DNA of 58,169 nt, counting the filler, from Sluysia triapertura (Eukaryota), in NCBI GenBank assembly GCA_046118255.1. It is 4 parts of 4 records of this genome, joined end to end, with 100 filler letters (N's around TTAATTAATTAA, not from the genome) between each part and the next. Parts side by side here need not be neighbours in the genome. Positions count along the whole stretch, not along the records: positions 1 to 13,207 come from JBJNIA010052998.1; positions 13,308 to 25,509 come from JBJNIA010129739.1; 2 more parts are not named here. The stretch is one strand, 5' to 3'. The position numbers and the translations under genes are program-made. This document shows positions 12,654 through 25,609 of the stretch, piece by piece. Under the pieces are notes generated by a model. It was not told the origin of the DNA, ran no database searches, and was given only the letters and a program-made list of their open reading frames with translations. Within the stretch, counting starts at the first letter, position 1. Each line of letters starts with the position of its first letter.

Positions 12654-13182
12654 TCAATTGCTTATGATTAGTATAAGTTCTAAGATCGATTTGATCGAAG
12701 TTTTTGTTGATTTTTCTATGAAGTACATGTAGATGAACAAATAGGAAGGTATGGGGTTGATGTATATGATAATTGAGTATTTTAATATCTTGTGGAGAAT
12801 GAGAAAAGTGGAGAAGTTTGAGGGCGTATTGGTTTGCACGTAAAGATGGATGTGGTCGAGTAGAACGCCTACCGGAAAACGTAACTTAATATCATGATCG
12901 AATGATGTATAGTCTTTTGTATGGTTATTGATATACATGTTCATAATATCTCTTGAGTATTTACAACGTTTAAATCTTTTAAAATATACATTTATTAAGA
13001 GTTTGATATTTACAAGATTACTTAATTTACACATTTCGTAGTAATTTTTTAACGCAATGAATTCAAGAATTTTATTATATACATTTATTATAACATTAAT
13101 GAAAAATTTATTCAGTGATGTGTAGCCGGATCGTCCTTCTTTCTCGCAGAGTCCAATTTCGATGAGATATAATTTAAGATAT
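12654..13182 (-). CDS. Terminal exon of the convergent cargo gene of element A, unknown function
   Basis: Frame stays open upstream of the listed ORF to acceptor-like ttttcttattacag (13183); weak similarity to the minus gene at 31550-32216 in element B. Confidence 0.5.
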
Positions 13183-13207
13183 CTGTAATAAGAAAATATA
13201 AATATAT

Positions 13208-13307
13208 NNNNNNNNNNNNNNNNNNNNNNNNNNNNNNNNNNNNNNNNNNNNTTAATTAATTAANNNNNNNNNNNNNNNNNNNNNNNNNNNNNNNNNNNNN
13301 NNNNNNN
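13208..13307. other. Artificial 100-nt scaffold join (N44-TTAATTAATTAA-N44); same at 25510-25609 and 43106-43205
   Basis: Identical N padding and an all-frame stop linker at three places. Confidence 0.97.
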
Positions 13308-13731
13308 TGGTTGGTGAAGTGTTTGATGAATTGATGTTGTGAATCTTGATAAGGTGTTTAGTGAGTGAGTGTTTTGAGTTGTTGGGATGAATGTAAGAGT
13401 TTATTGAGTTGGAAATGTTCAGATGTGAATTAATTTATTGTCGGGTGTAGTTTGATGAAATGTTAAAGTAGTAGTTGTGAGTATTGTTATTTTATGTGAT
13501 GAATTGTGTGGTGATTGTAGTTGTAGAGTGTGATTGTGGTGAATTTTATTTTAATGAATTATTTTTAATTTTGAGTTACGGAGTTGGCCACTACATACCC
13601 TTTTATTGTATTTTATTATCGCCTTTCTTTATCACCTGACAGAGCTAATTCTAAAACTATACTTTTATTACTATTCTAACTATTTGATATTTTTATACTT
13701 TTTATGCATTATAAATTGGAAATTTAATCAA

Positions 13732-13791
13732 TATAACTGTGATACATGTGAAAAAATATTTGATTTTAGAGAAGTATTAGAAATGCACTAA
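13732..13791 (+). pseudogene. C2H2 zinc-finger remnant at the start of a degraded coding region (to ~14580)
   Basis: YNCDTCEKIFDFREVLEMH* fits C-x2-C-x3-F-x5-L-x2-H; second His is lost. Confidence 0.55.
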
Positions 13792-14749
13792 GGCCTATAT
13801 AATCTCGGGCTTCCAAAACATAAATGCAATATTCATTAAAAGTTAAACATCAGAAGGCTTTTTTTGTTTTGCTGAATGAGAGAGAAGAATTGTTTGGTTT
13901 ATCGCATTGTAGAGGGAAAGGAAAGTCAGAAGAAAAGAATTATAAAGAAAGAAAACAAATAAATATGTAAAAAAAGAAAAGGTCTATTTATGTTATTTAA
14001 ACTTTTTGTTTAAATATTAATATTTTGGGAAAAGTTTAAAAAAAATTTTAAGGAAAGAATGTACGGAAATTTTTAACTTGTTAATCGAAATTTTATTAGA
14101 AAACCCAATTTTGAGAGTGTTTACATTCAAAATCTGTTGATAAAACGATTGATATGCTACTAAATGAGGCTGATGTTGTGAAAAAAGATTTTAAAATAAA
14201 GAAGACTAAAATGAATCTTTCAAAGGGGATGAGGAGTCAGCTGACTGTTTTTGCAGAATTATTGAAAGCGTGAAACTTGATTTTGATGAACTAGAGCCTA
14301 TAATTTTGAATTGTGCTAAGATGAACCTAAATATGAAGCATATTAATGAACACAAATCGAATCATCGTCGATTAAAGATGCAGTATCACAAGAAGTCCAT
14401 TATGACTGTGAATATCTGAAAAAGGTTATTAATTATAAACTATATCTCAAGCACTAACCAAAAGACACAGACAGAACCACAGAGGTAAATTCAAACATCT
14501 TTTGAACTGCAAACCAGAAAGAAAGAGATCAGCTTCTAAAGCTTGTCATGAATTTAAATTAGAAATTCCCGGCTTGAGGTCTAACTTCATTTGAATAGTT
14601 TAACAAAAGTTAAAGATTCAAATACTTCATATGATAACATCCATGAAGATTTAATTAAATTACCATTTTTGTCGTTTTCTATTGAATCTACTCATAAGTA
14701 TAGCAATGTTATAATTGATATATTATCAAATAACGTCGTTTAAAAATTA

Positions 14750-15340
14750 ATAGAGCTCATCGTTCGTCGTAAAAATGAACATTACGAAGTCGCGCAAAAT
14801 ATCTCTCATGATCATGTTTTAGAAAATAAAAATTATGTCTTTTACGTTAAACAATATAAGGACACGGAATTTAAACATTTGAATTGTTTTGAAGTGACTA
14901 TAGTTTTCTTAAGACAGTCCGGCAGTAATTTTGAATTAAGAATTGTATTTACCAGTTTTTCCTCTTATGGTATCAAATACTCGTGCCATCAACCAAGCTA
15001 TAACACCAATTTCAATCATTTGAATTATATAAAGATGATTAAGATGTCTTTTAAGCATACCCATGGTGCAATCGTATGCGTAAGTGTAGACAACAATTAT
15101 TTCCACAGGTACTATAAGGACGAATCAAGCGTCGAAGATATTTGTCGTGTCATTAGAGTGAGAATACTTGGATACGGGATATATTACAAGTGTAAGATCT
15201 TTTCTTTTAGCCTTGCATTTCTCTGTCGTATTTTAAAAATGACTATGATTATGTCTTACCTACATTTTAAAAAACAATTTTGGCATATTTTTATTTTATT
15301 CGCCCTCACAGCAGAGTATGAACATTTTGATGTGCCTTAA
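14750..15340 (+). pseudogene. Multicopy gene of unknown function (family 'Y')
   Basis: ORF 14879-15340 FEVTIVFLRQSGSNFELR..YGIKY..THGA..GYGIYY parallels 42200-42440 FKVLLFQKNDGLNFRLS..LGI*Y..IHGS..EWIYY. Confidence 0.4.
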
Positions 15341-16319
15341 GCAGAGATTTTGTAATTATGATAAAGATTCTAATCTAAAGATTTGTAATCTAATAAAGAT
15401 TCTAGATTTTGTAAGTTTTCTAAATTAGATAAGAATTTCGTTAAGATAAATAAAGATCTTTTACTAATAAAACTTTTGCTAATAAAATAGTTACTAATGA
15501 AATTTAATCAAATTCACCTAAACAATAACACAACAACAACGATGTCAACAATGATGATAGAAGATCCATGCATATAGTAAATTTTGTAATTTTTGCTTAT
15601 TTATTTATTATTTCATTAAAAGAACATAAATAAATGATTTTATCTTAATTTGGATAATTTTAAAATTACATTATTTTCAGTTAATTTTTAAGCTGTTTTT
15701 AAGGTAAGTTGATAGGTAACTCCCTGCACAATTTTTGTTAAAAGGTATATTTAATTTTAAATTTATTTTTAAAGTAATCTGAATTATTCATTTGATTGTT
15801 TTAGCGAAATAAAAGATAATTTTAGAGGGAGACACTGCCCAATTTATTTTTAACGTATTTTGAATTAACTATTTGATTTTTAGCTAAATAGAAGATAATT
15901 CTAGAAGGAGACACTCTGCTTCTTAATCATCATTACTATTCTAAACTTTCTGGATATTCCTATATTTTAGTGGTTGTTGGGACACTCCTGGTTGTTTTGT
16001 CTTAATTGGTAGTAGTGTCTTTGATTTTATTATAAACATTATAGTTATTTTTGTCATTTTAGTGATTCTCAGCATTTAATAAAGATTTTCATTGACCATA
16101 AATTGTATTACGAATTTTTGTTTAATAGTACATTATTGACTTAGTTTTGATTTTGATTGTCAAGAACTTAAATTTGGGGATAATAGCTATTGATATAGTT
16201 ACAAAAGTAGAACACGATAAAATTATACTTGATATACTAACTATTGAAATTATTAAGGTTTAAACTGATCAGATAATAATAGTGAGTTTAATATTTAACA
16301 ATTTTTAAAGACGCAACAG

Positions 16320-16445
16320 TTATAAAGAATATTTTAGTTGTAATATTGTGATAATATAAACAATATATCGAGATTTTGAATTTATTTAGTTATTGAGTTC
16401 TAATTAATAATTCTGGAAAATGAAAGTATTAAAAGACGCAACATA
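16320..16445 (+). mobile_element. LTR 3'-end fragment of the gag-bearing gypsy family at 40.5 kb
   Basis: Near-identical to 40470-40585 (tcgagattttgaatttatttagttattga.ttctaat...aaagtattaaaa..aacata). Confidence 0.8.
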
Positions 16446-16484
16446 TGAGTAAAATTGAACATTCCATCATTAAGAATTAATTAA

Positions 16485-17090
16485 AATTTGTCTTTGATCA
16501 ATATTAAGGCTTTCCTTGCATGAACTCAGTCAAACCATATCTTCATCCAAAGGTCTTTTAAAACAAATACACACAGTTTCAACTTTAACATAGCATTCCG
16601 CATTCAAACGTTATTCACAAAAACGTTAAACTTTTTCTTTATTAAGTTAATTGAGGTTTTAATTATATTAATCTATTTTTGGATGTGATCTTTTTATATT
16701 TAAAGGTTTCGCTAAGGTTCTAAAATTATTTAGTACTTTGTAAGGCATTCAAGGGCTTCCAGATGCTTTCATCTTCATTCTTCTAATTCAATTTCCCACT
16801 TCTTTAAGTTATTATTATATCGAATTTATCATTAATAATAATAATGATGATGATTTCACTCAAAAGTCTTAAATGATTGTCAGAGTTTCAGGATTATCTA
16901 AATTCTTAAATTATTTCAAAGTTCACAAGTTTAAAGCTACCCTAATGCATATAAAAGTTTTCATGTTTATATCAAATCTCCACGAAGTCTCAACACATTA
17001 TATAGCTCTTTGGAACTCTAAGGTATTCTTCAGCTGTTAAGATGACTTTAAACGTCTTCATCCTCATCCATTACTTTATATCAGTTCTTC
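16485..17090 (+). pseudogene. Family 'X' 3' part plus short-period repeat tail (copy 2)
   Basis: Colinear with the reverse complement of 36900-37510 (tatcttcatc..aaaacaaatac..agcatt.cgcattcaaa.gttattca; gggcttc). Confidence 0.6.
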
Positions 17091-17774
17091 CTTCATTTTA
17101 TTGTGCTAAATATTTTACACTCATATCTTGATTCACAGTTGGGCAATTCCAACATTTGCAACAAAGTTACTTCATCTCCAATATTTAAAACAATAACAAG
17201 AGGCACTACTATATATGAACCTTACGAATGCTTTACAGAACCATATTTTTTTGAGTATAATTATACTGTCTGATTTGTCAAAAACATCTAATTCCACTAT
17301 TAACTTAAATGGACCATTATCTCATACGTTTATGGGTTCACCAATATTTATCCAATATTGTTATTTGACATAATAATAATTGACGTTGTCGCATTCATGT
17401 CTCTTATCTACCTACCATTTAATGTGCATTTTGAAATATCTGATTTTGTACTCCATTGATGCAGTCATGATCATCATCATCATCATTACTTCTTTATTAA
17501 ACCTTTCTCGAACAGCGTCATATATATGTGACGACCTAATTTTCCAACATGAACCCAGAATTACAAATATGTGACAAGTGTTCATCATCATTTTATTATA
17601 AATGTTTGTTGCTTACATAGGGGTTATGTTATAAAACAATAAAATAGATAAAGGATGTTATTGGTCTGGCGACATTTACTTTTTTTCCTGAGGTCTTAGT
17701 AATGAAAAGGTTAACAAACGAATGAGCTGAAGGAGGATTGTCGCTATTTTTTGGTTTTTTCCACTTTTCTATTT

Positions 17775-17990
17775 CTTAGATTATATTCCTCTATGAGTTC
17801 CGCTTTGCGTGTACAACAAATGTCTTTGCGTTGATTTTATTTGGATCCTTGATAAACAAGTTGGTAGATGTGGTCTTCATTATTTCATACGGACCCTTAA
17901 AGGATTGTGTAATTTTGGTGAATGTCCTGGCTTAGATAATGGGTAATCACACATACCTTATAGTTGGTATGGCCAAACTTTTGTTCATGA
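17775..17990 (-). mobile_element. Gypsy integrase C-terminal GPY/F module remnant in an internally deleted element
   Basis: PGHSPKLHNP/KGPYEIMKTTSTNLFIKDPNKI..F.VH and YNLRNR; homologous to 28015-28185. Confidence 0.85.
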
Positions 17991-18514
17991 AATTGTAAAT
18001 ACGTGACTAAAATGACTAATCAATTATGTGTGTTCTACTATAATTACTGATCATTTATTGACTAATCAATTATGTGATAATTCAATTATGTGTTGTTCAT
18101 TTATATGTTTTACTGATTTGTGCTAATTTTATTAATACAATTATTTAAGAATTTTGTAAAAAGTACGTGATTTTTAATTTTTATTAAAATTATTTTTGAA
18201 TTAAATTATTAACTAATGTGATTCAATTATTTTTTTTCACAAAGTGCTTAGATAATTCTTAAATTATTCAAAAATCGTTAATTCTTCTTAAATTCTTAAT
18301 AATATAGTAAACTTCTTCTTAATTCTTAAAATATCTTAATATTACAAGTACTGATCCTTAAATTCTTCTAAAAATCAATTATAAGTCAAAAATCTTCTTA
18401 ATTCTTTATATTATTTATTGCAAATTATTGGTCAAAATCAATTTTAATCTTCAAATAAACTTCTTTTTTACTCTTAATAATCTTATATCTTATTTATATT
18501 ATTGTAATCACTGG

Positions 18515-18532
18515 TCCTCACTCTGGGCACCA
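18515..18532 (-). promoter_or_regulatory. Primer-binding-site-like sequence TGGTGCCCAGAGTGAGGA
   Basis: Starts with TGG (complement of tRNA CCA) and lies 10 nt inside an LTR end (...ttctcaCA at 18543). Confidence 0.6.
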
Positions 18533-18542
18533 GTTTATTCTA

Positions 18543-18668
18543 TGTGAGAAGGAAAAGTGTATAGAGTAAAGAGTTTAAAATTTAACGTGAGTTCACCAAC
18601 GTACTGGGCTTAACAGCGAGGGCCAGCCGTTGGGTTTTAATGCGAGAATAGATATTTAACTGTTAAAG
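18543..18668 (-). mobile_element. LTR 3' end (5' LTR of the deleted element; true extent is longer)
   Basis: Near-identical to 42989-43105; homology begins exactly at TGTGAGAA, as also at 49667. Confidence 0.8.
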
Positions 18669-21600
18669 TGATGATTCTACCTAGCACCTTAAATCTGGAG
18701 ATTAATATTTTCAAAAATTTGAATTAATTTGATTTAAATATTAAATACAGAGATTTAAAAATGATGATTTTGTGTAAATCCCGTTATATGGGATCAGTTA
18801 GAGAGATTTTTCCTAGTAGAATTAAATTCTAGTGTATGCAAGCTTCAATTCTTGCTGATTTTAACGAATATTAAAATTATAAAAATCAATATAAGAAATA
18901 AACAATTTATTAAGGGACAAAGATAAAATAATATATAAAATAGGTTAAAAATAATCAAAATTTTGCAATAACTAGGTAGAACTAGTTATATTACGATTTA
19001 GAAGTTTTAAAAAAAATCATTTTACTATAGACCTTTATAAGGTCCAAATTCATTAAATGATTTTAAGTATAAATATTACAATAGATATTATGATAATATC
19101 CTATCCTAATAATAATTAATCTAACGTGACTTTTTAATAAGTTGGTCCTTTGACGATTGAATTAACGACTTTACCAAATATTGAAAAATTTTAAAAATGA
19201 TTGTGAACAATTATAAAATGATATGAAAATTGTTTATTTTTATAGTCGTTTTAATCTGACTTTGGAAGACCAGATTAAAACAAATAACAAAATATTTCAA
19301 AAATAGTCACGTTAAAATAATACATTAAATCGATTAGAGTAATTAAAAATAATTAATATTAATTAAGTAAAGGTTAAAAATAAAAATTTAATAAAAATAA
19401 TTAATAAAAACATACTTTTAAATGTAATTTTTTCAAAATAAAATAATTCGAATAATTTAAAATAATAATATAACTAAACATTTATAAAATAATTCAGAAA
19501 TGTAGATAATAAATAATCAGTTTATTCAATAATATAAATAATCAATTTGTAATGTAAAATCAGTTCATAGTGCAGTATTCATTAGTTCATAGTACAGTAT
19601 TTACAACACAGTATTTACAACAATATTCTAAGTAAGAAAAGTATTCTTAAGTGGACATACGTCCATTAATTGTTAAATCTTACTTGAGACAGTGGCATGT
19701 TAAAATGTTATCTCTTAGTAGCGATTAACCTAGAAACTTTTGATCAATTTAATTCTCAAAATACGTTACTACTTAAGATAAAGTAACAAGAAATAACTTT
19801 TAATTTTTCTTAATTAAAATAAAACGATTACAAAGTGTAATATATAAATACAAATATTCAAAATTAATAATTAAGAATAAAAATCTTAGTTAAAATTGAT
19901 TTTAAAAATTTAGTTTGAACCAAGATTAATTCTTGGTTATCAAAATGATAAGATTTTACCTAAGATTTTAACTCTAAAGTATTATAGAGGAAGCTTATCA
20001 TTAAAAACTTAAGTTAACAAGGAAATAACAAGGATAAAATAAATTGAATTCCCAGTCGAATTTCTGTTTTAGTCCTTTGAAATGAGTATATGTCGCAAAC
20101 TCTAATCGCAAAACTCACTGTTGCTTCAATGTCGTTTTTTGTATTAGTTTAGATTTTGTATTAGTTATTTGTTATTTATAATCCACTGTGTGGTTATGAT
20201 AAATTATTTTTGCCTCTGAGTAAATCCGCTGTACGATATGATAAATTATTTTTTATTTATTTACTTCTAATAGAAAAATGATTTATTTATTTTTTCCTTG
20301 TTATCTGACCACAAATATCCAAATATTCATATCATTAATCATAAAAATATCTAAATATTTATTTTATTAGTCAAATTTTGTTCTATAAAAGGATTATTAA
20401 TTATCATCAAAATTAATATTTTTCATTTAAAAGTATTTGAATAATAAAAATAGTTATACTTTTAAATTTAATTTATATATATTATTAATATTCTTTTATT
20501 TTCTAAAAAAATAAAAAATATTTACACTTTTACGTAAATAGACCACTTTATGTGCACTATGCACCTTTACAATGTGGCAAAAGCTTCACTGGTAACACAA
20601 GAAGCATAACATAATGTATGCTAGCAATAGCGATTCTTAACGTCTTGGTGTCTCGTGATATATTAATTTCTCAGCAATATATTTGCGACATGGTTATTTA
20701 AAATCACTTGAAGATTATCTTCTTCAAGTTGATTGTGATTTAGTTACTTTTATTCATTCTAAATTATCCAGAAAATTTAATGAACTGAGAGCCGATGATG
20801 ATGAATTTTGAACAAAATTCAGCTTGAAAGCTGAAGAAAAAATATGATGAATGTTTATTTTTATTTTATTATTGTTATCAAAGAAAAATTTTGTTTAAAT
20901 ACTCATGGCCTAAGTCCACTTTTGAAAAATATTTGCTATTATATCAAAAATTGTATGAGAAAAATTTGGTGACTACGTGCCATCTAAGCTTTCTAAGTTG
21001 TATGATCAATTTCAGGACGGAATAACTTCTAAAAAAATCGTACCCTTCCAAATATCCACCTGATTATGTTATCAAAAAAGTGATGCAAGAGAATGGCAGT
21101 ATGCTTTATCATTATTATTCTAAAAATATACCAAACAATAAATTAGACAAATTAAAAAACTAAGACAGTTACACCAAATCAGATTGTAGACACTGTTGAA
21201 ACCGGCGAATTGAAAGATTGGTTTAATTACCAGTTGTATGCAGAAATGCATAATTCGAATCAAATGTTTATGAAAAGTTTTATTAACATAAATAAAAATT
21301 AGCAGAACCCAATTTCAATTATTTATCAAGTTGAGCGGCAGAATTTAAAAAATGTCACTGTAATAAAATGAAAGTCATATTTTTGAAGATCGTGATAAAT
21401 TTTGGGTAAATAATATAGAATTTAAAATAACGTTCGATGGTGCAGTAAGTTATTTTATTATGCATATTGAAATGAATTGTTTTTTCGTATCTGTAGCTTT
21501 TAAAAAATATCCGGAATTAAAAGCTAAACTTATCACTGTTTGTCGTATTTCAGAAAAAAGTTTAATGATTTAATGTAAGAAATCGCGTCATGCTCATACT

Positions 21601-24600
21601 GGTGTTTTTCATCACTTCTAACACTTATGCAAATTATAAAAATGTAATTAGGGTCCACCTACGATATACGGTTTAAGCCTAACGCGACGTATTAGTAGCA
21701 AAATTTCTTAACTTTCTTAACCTTGTATAAACTCTAAAGAGTCTTTGCTTAAATTTGTAAAATCTCAAATACTCTGTTGCAAATATTGAACGTGATGACA
21801 ATCCCTACCTTTATTTATATTTTTCAACTATTTCTAATCTCTATGAATTGGAATCAACTTTCTTTATTAATTCTTATGATATAATTTCAAATTTACAACT
21901 TACCTACGATTAGAAATTAACTTTTTATACTAAGCTCTTGATTTATTCAACTTAACAACATTCTTTGACATCTTTCTCATGAATGCTATTCCTTTAAATT
22001 GTATCTATTTCTTTAATTAATCTCTATATCTTAGTACTTTTGTAATTATGTTTTCTATTCACCTTTTTAACAAAATATATGTATCAATTGTTATTATCTT
22101 TGACTTTTAATTGCAAAATTACTAATGACTAGATAAAGAATTAAAATAAAGATTTATTTAAACTTAAGAAATTTTCCTTTTTAGCCGAAATTTCAGATTC
22201 CAATGACTGACGTTTCTGATTTCAATTAATTAATTCATATTGTTCTTTTTGTGAAAGAATCGACAGTTGTAGCTCGTAATTCTTCCATAATAAGTTGATT
22301 TTCTTCTAAATTCAGTTCGGTTTCTTCTAATGTTTCTTGTGGTACTTATTTAGTATGATAAGTAATAGAGAGTTACGAGAAGTTGAAGTCGTTTGTATAG
22401 AAATTTCATTGTTTGTTAAATTTTGAATTTTTTATTATGAAGATTTTAAATTATAAAGATTTGATATTTTAGGTTATTTAGCTGTATGGTTGTTTGATGT
22501 TTTGTGTAGTGGAAACTTTTGAGTGAATGAGTGGTTCACTACAATTTTCATAAACAAACAATATTCAATGATTCTAAAATGGATATTGAGATAAATATCG
22601 CAGTTAGGCACGGTGGAATTACCATAATATTGGTGGGTTGGTATTTATGTATGGCACTGAGCTATTTGAACCAAGATGAACGCACCATCCACAAAGTGCT
22701 GGTTCCCTTATATGTACATGTTGGTTATGGTTACATTGAAACAATCATTGGTTTTGTCGTCTATTCATCTAAATACAGTGTTAGGACTCATGTAATTACG
22801 TAAATATAAAGAATTTCGTTTTTATTTAGTATTTTGTGATAATAATAGTAATAGAAGTAATAGAAATAATAATAGAAGTAACGATAAAAGTAATAATAGA
22901 ATCAGTTGTAAAAACAATATAACTAAAGGCCATCAAGGCATAACATGAAATATAAAGTTCGAAATACTGAAATTGAAATCTAAATACTAAATCAAGTTTG
23001 TTAACAAATATAATATACGATCAATTATAAAATTGGTACAACGATTTAAAATGAAACTGTAGAAATAACAATAATAAAGGATAGAATGATAAAATTAACA
23101 ATAATGTGATAAAATATAGAAAAGCAACAAAAATAATACGATGACAATAATATTTAGAATTATAACAATTTTAAATTTTTGATTGTACTTGTATCTGCAA
23201 TTATCATGATTGTTGTAAAAATATGTCCAGTTTTGAATTATGATATTATATTGTCAGTGTTTTCGTTTTTTATATGTTCTTTATTTAATTTTTTAGCTGA
23301 GATGTGTTCGGTTGAAGTTTGTTTATAATATGTATGTTTGGGTTTTGAATTTACCACATAAGTATACCTTTAAGAGATTTCAAAGACATAATATTGACTT
23401 ACTAGAAATCTAAAGATTCATCAAAAATATTTTGAGGCAAGCTCGCCATTCTGCAAACTTCATATAAAAACTGAAATGGCATTCTTAATTCGATCAGAAA
23501 ATATAATAAAGAAAACATTAAATATTCTATTAGTGACATTTTGGCTAGAGAGTTTCACTAAGTATAAATTATGCAGATATATTCATGAACTTATCACCAT
23601 TTGCAACACCAGCATTTTGATATTTAAAATGTTTCATGGTTACATATTTTTTGATTATCTATAGTAAACCCTTTTCAAAGTAGATCAATAATTAGTGAAA
23701 AATCACGGAATGATATACTTAAATTAAATACTTCACCTCTTCAGAATACTAGACTTAATTTCTAGTGTGCGCTTTTGAAATAAACAATAACTAATGTTGC
23801 TATCATATATCGCAATAAGAACTTGGTAAGTCTTGTGAATAAGATAACTCCCATACATATAGCATATCTTTATGATATTCAAATCAAATCCAAACTAAGG
23901 CTCAAAAGTTTCAAAAATATGAAGAACATGTTTCTTTTAACACCTTTTTAATTTCAGCCTCTGATTTGTGGAATCCAGAAAATGAAAATTGTCTCAAGTT
24001 TCTGGAATTCAATAAATCTGACACATTTGTGTCTGAACTTTGTCCGCAAATCTTGTTTTAATACTTACAAGAATCACACTTGCAACATTCAAATTGAACT
24101 TCAACGCACAATCAACTGTATTGCATTATCTTTGCTTATTAAGTGTATCTTTCTTATTTATTTCTTTTTGTCCAATTATATATAAGTAAAGATTATTTAT
24201 TAATAGTAAAGTTTATTTGGGCAATTATTTGAAATTTAATACTATTAAAAAACCGTATTAAAAACAATAAAATTATTGTCAAAATTTATAATATAGAAAA
24301 ATAAAATGTAAATTAAAAATTAAAATAAAAAGTAATAACGTAATAGTAAACAGTAAAGTGAATTAAATAATAGTAATTAAAATTAAGAGAAGATTAATAA
24401 CACATACTATAAAATAATAACAAACTATAATGTAAATGAAATAGTATCAAAAAAGTAATTTTGCTATACGTTACTGTATTACAAAAATTAAAAAATGTCG
24501 TTATTATGGCAAAATCAAGTATAAATAGATGATGGGTTCCAGTCAACGATTTCAATTATTTATTAAAGATATTTGAAGAAGTTATTCGCTGAAGATATTT

Positions 24601-25609
24601 GATATAATTACTGTTAGAGTCAAGGCATTTGAATATTTATCAGAATAACATTTAAAATAATTAAAGTGTTAAATTTAAACTTAAAATAAATTTACGACCA
24701 CCGAAATATAACTACGTGTGGTATATTTTATATTGCGAATATTATTCGAATTATTTTGTAGACTTTGTATTTGTTACTTACGTTTGATAAATAAATTTTT
24801 AGTTGGTTCAGTTTATATTATTTGATTTTAAGGAGAAGAATTTGAATTTTGACATTAATCTAACAAAATTGCACTTCCATCTCTTACACCAGAGACAAGT
24901 GAACAGTAACCTCCACTTATTATTATAAGTGTTAGAAAATAATTACCTTAAACTCTAGTTACAATCTTAGCACATATAAGTCAAGTAGGAAGTCTTAAAT
25001 TAATATTATTATTATTAAAGTTACTTAACATTTTTATTCTAACATATACATTTTTTCTCATCCTATGTTATTATATGACTTTTGATATCAGCAATTTATC
25101 TACTTATTTATATTATATTATAACAAATGTTTCATTGTTTACTTGAAAATTTCAACGAGAAGATCTGGTGAATCTGCATCTTGAATTAATGAACTAGGAT
25201 CAAGCGTAATTCAAATGAGAGATAAGTAATGGAATATACGTCAAAGGCGACAATTACAAGATTTGTAAAAATGATTACGATAAAAACAAATTGAAACTTT
25301 TTTACATTGTGAAATGTTTTTATTTTCTCTATTTTAATTTATTTTATTTTATTTTGAGTTAATGAATGATTTAACATTTAAAAATTGAATTATGAGACTG
25401 TTAGAAAAATGGAACTTTTTCATAAAAATAATTAAGATTTTAATAATTTTATAATATTCAATAACTGATTAATGTAATATTATAATTTTATTTTTTGTAC
25501 GGAATATTANNNNNNNNNNNNNNNNNNNNNNNNNNNNNNNNNNNNNNNNNNNNTTAATTAATTAANNNNNNNNNNNNNNNNNNNNNNNNNNNNNNNNNNN
25601 NNNNNNNNN

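Larger units (their letters stand above)
9694..13595. mobile_element. Cargo element A with TGT...ACA inverted termini (spans an assembly gap)
   Basis: Left end TGTAGTGTCCAACTC (9694); right end reverse complement TGTAGTGGCCAACTC (13595); G-poor inward spacer at both ends; TA on both flanks; convergent internal genes. Confidence 0.7.

Noticed and set aside
13208-13307. Recurrent palindrome TTAATTAATTAA inside N runs (also 25510-25609 and 43106-43205)
   Set aside because: Assembly linker with stops in all frames, not biology. It also means contiguity across these points, including within element A, is unproven.
9692-13597. TA as the target-site duplication of the cargo-element family
   Set aside because: Present for element A only. 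Element B (cca/aag) and element C (aca) flanks do not show it, and TA is frequent by chance here.
20530-21700. Possible DNA-transposase remnant (ITFDGA-like stretch near 21430)
   Set aside because: Too degraded to assign a family by eye; left unannotated.
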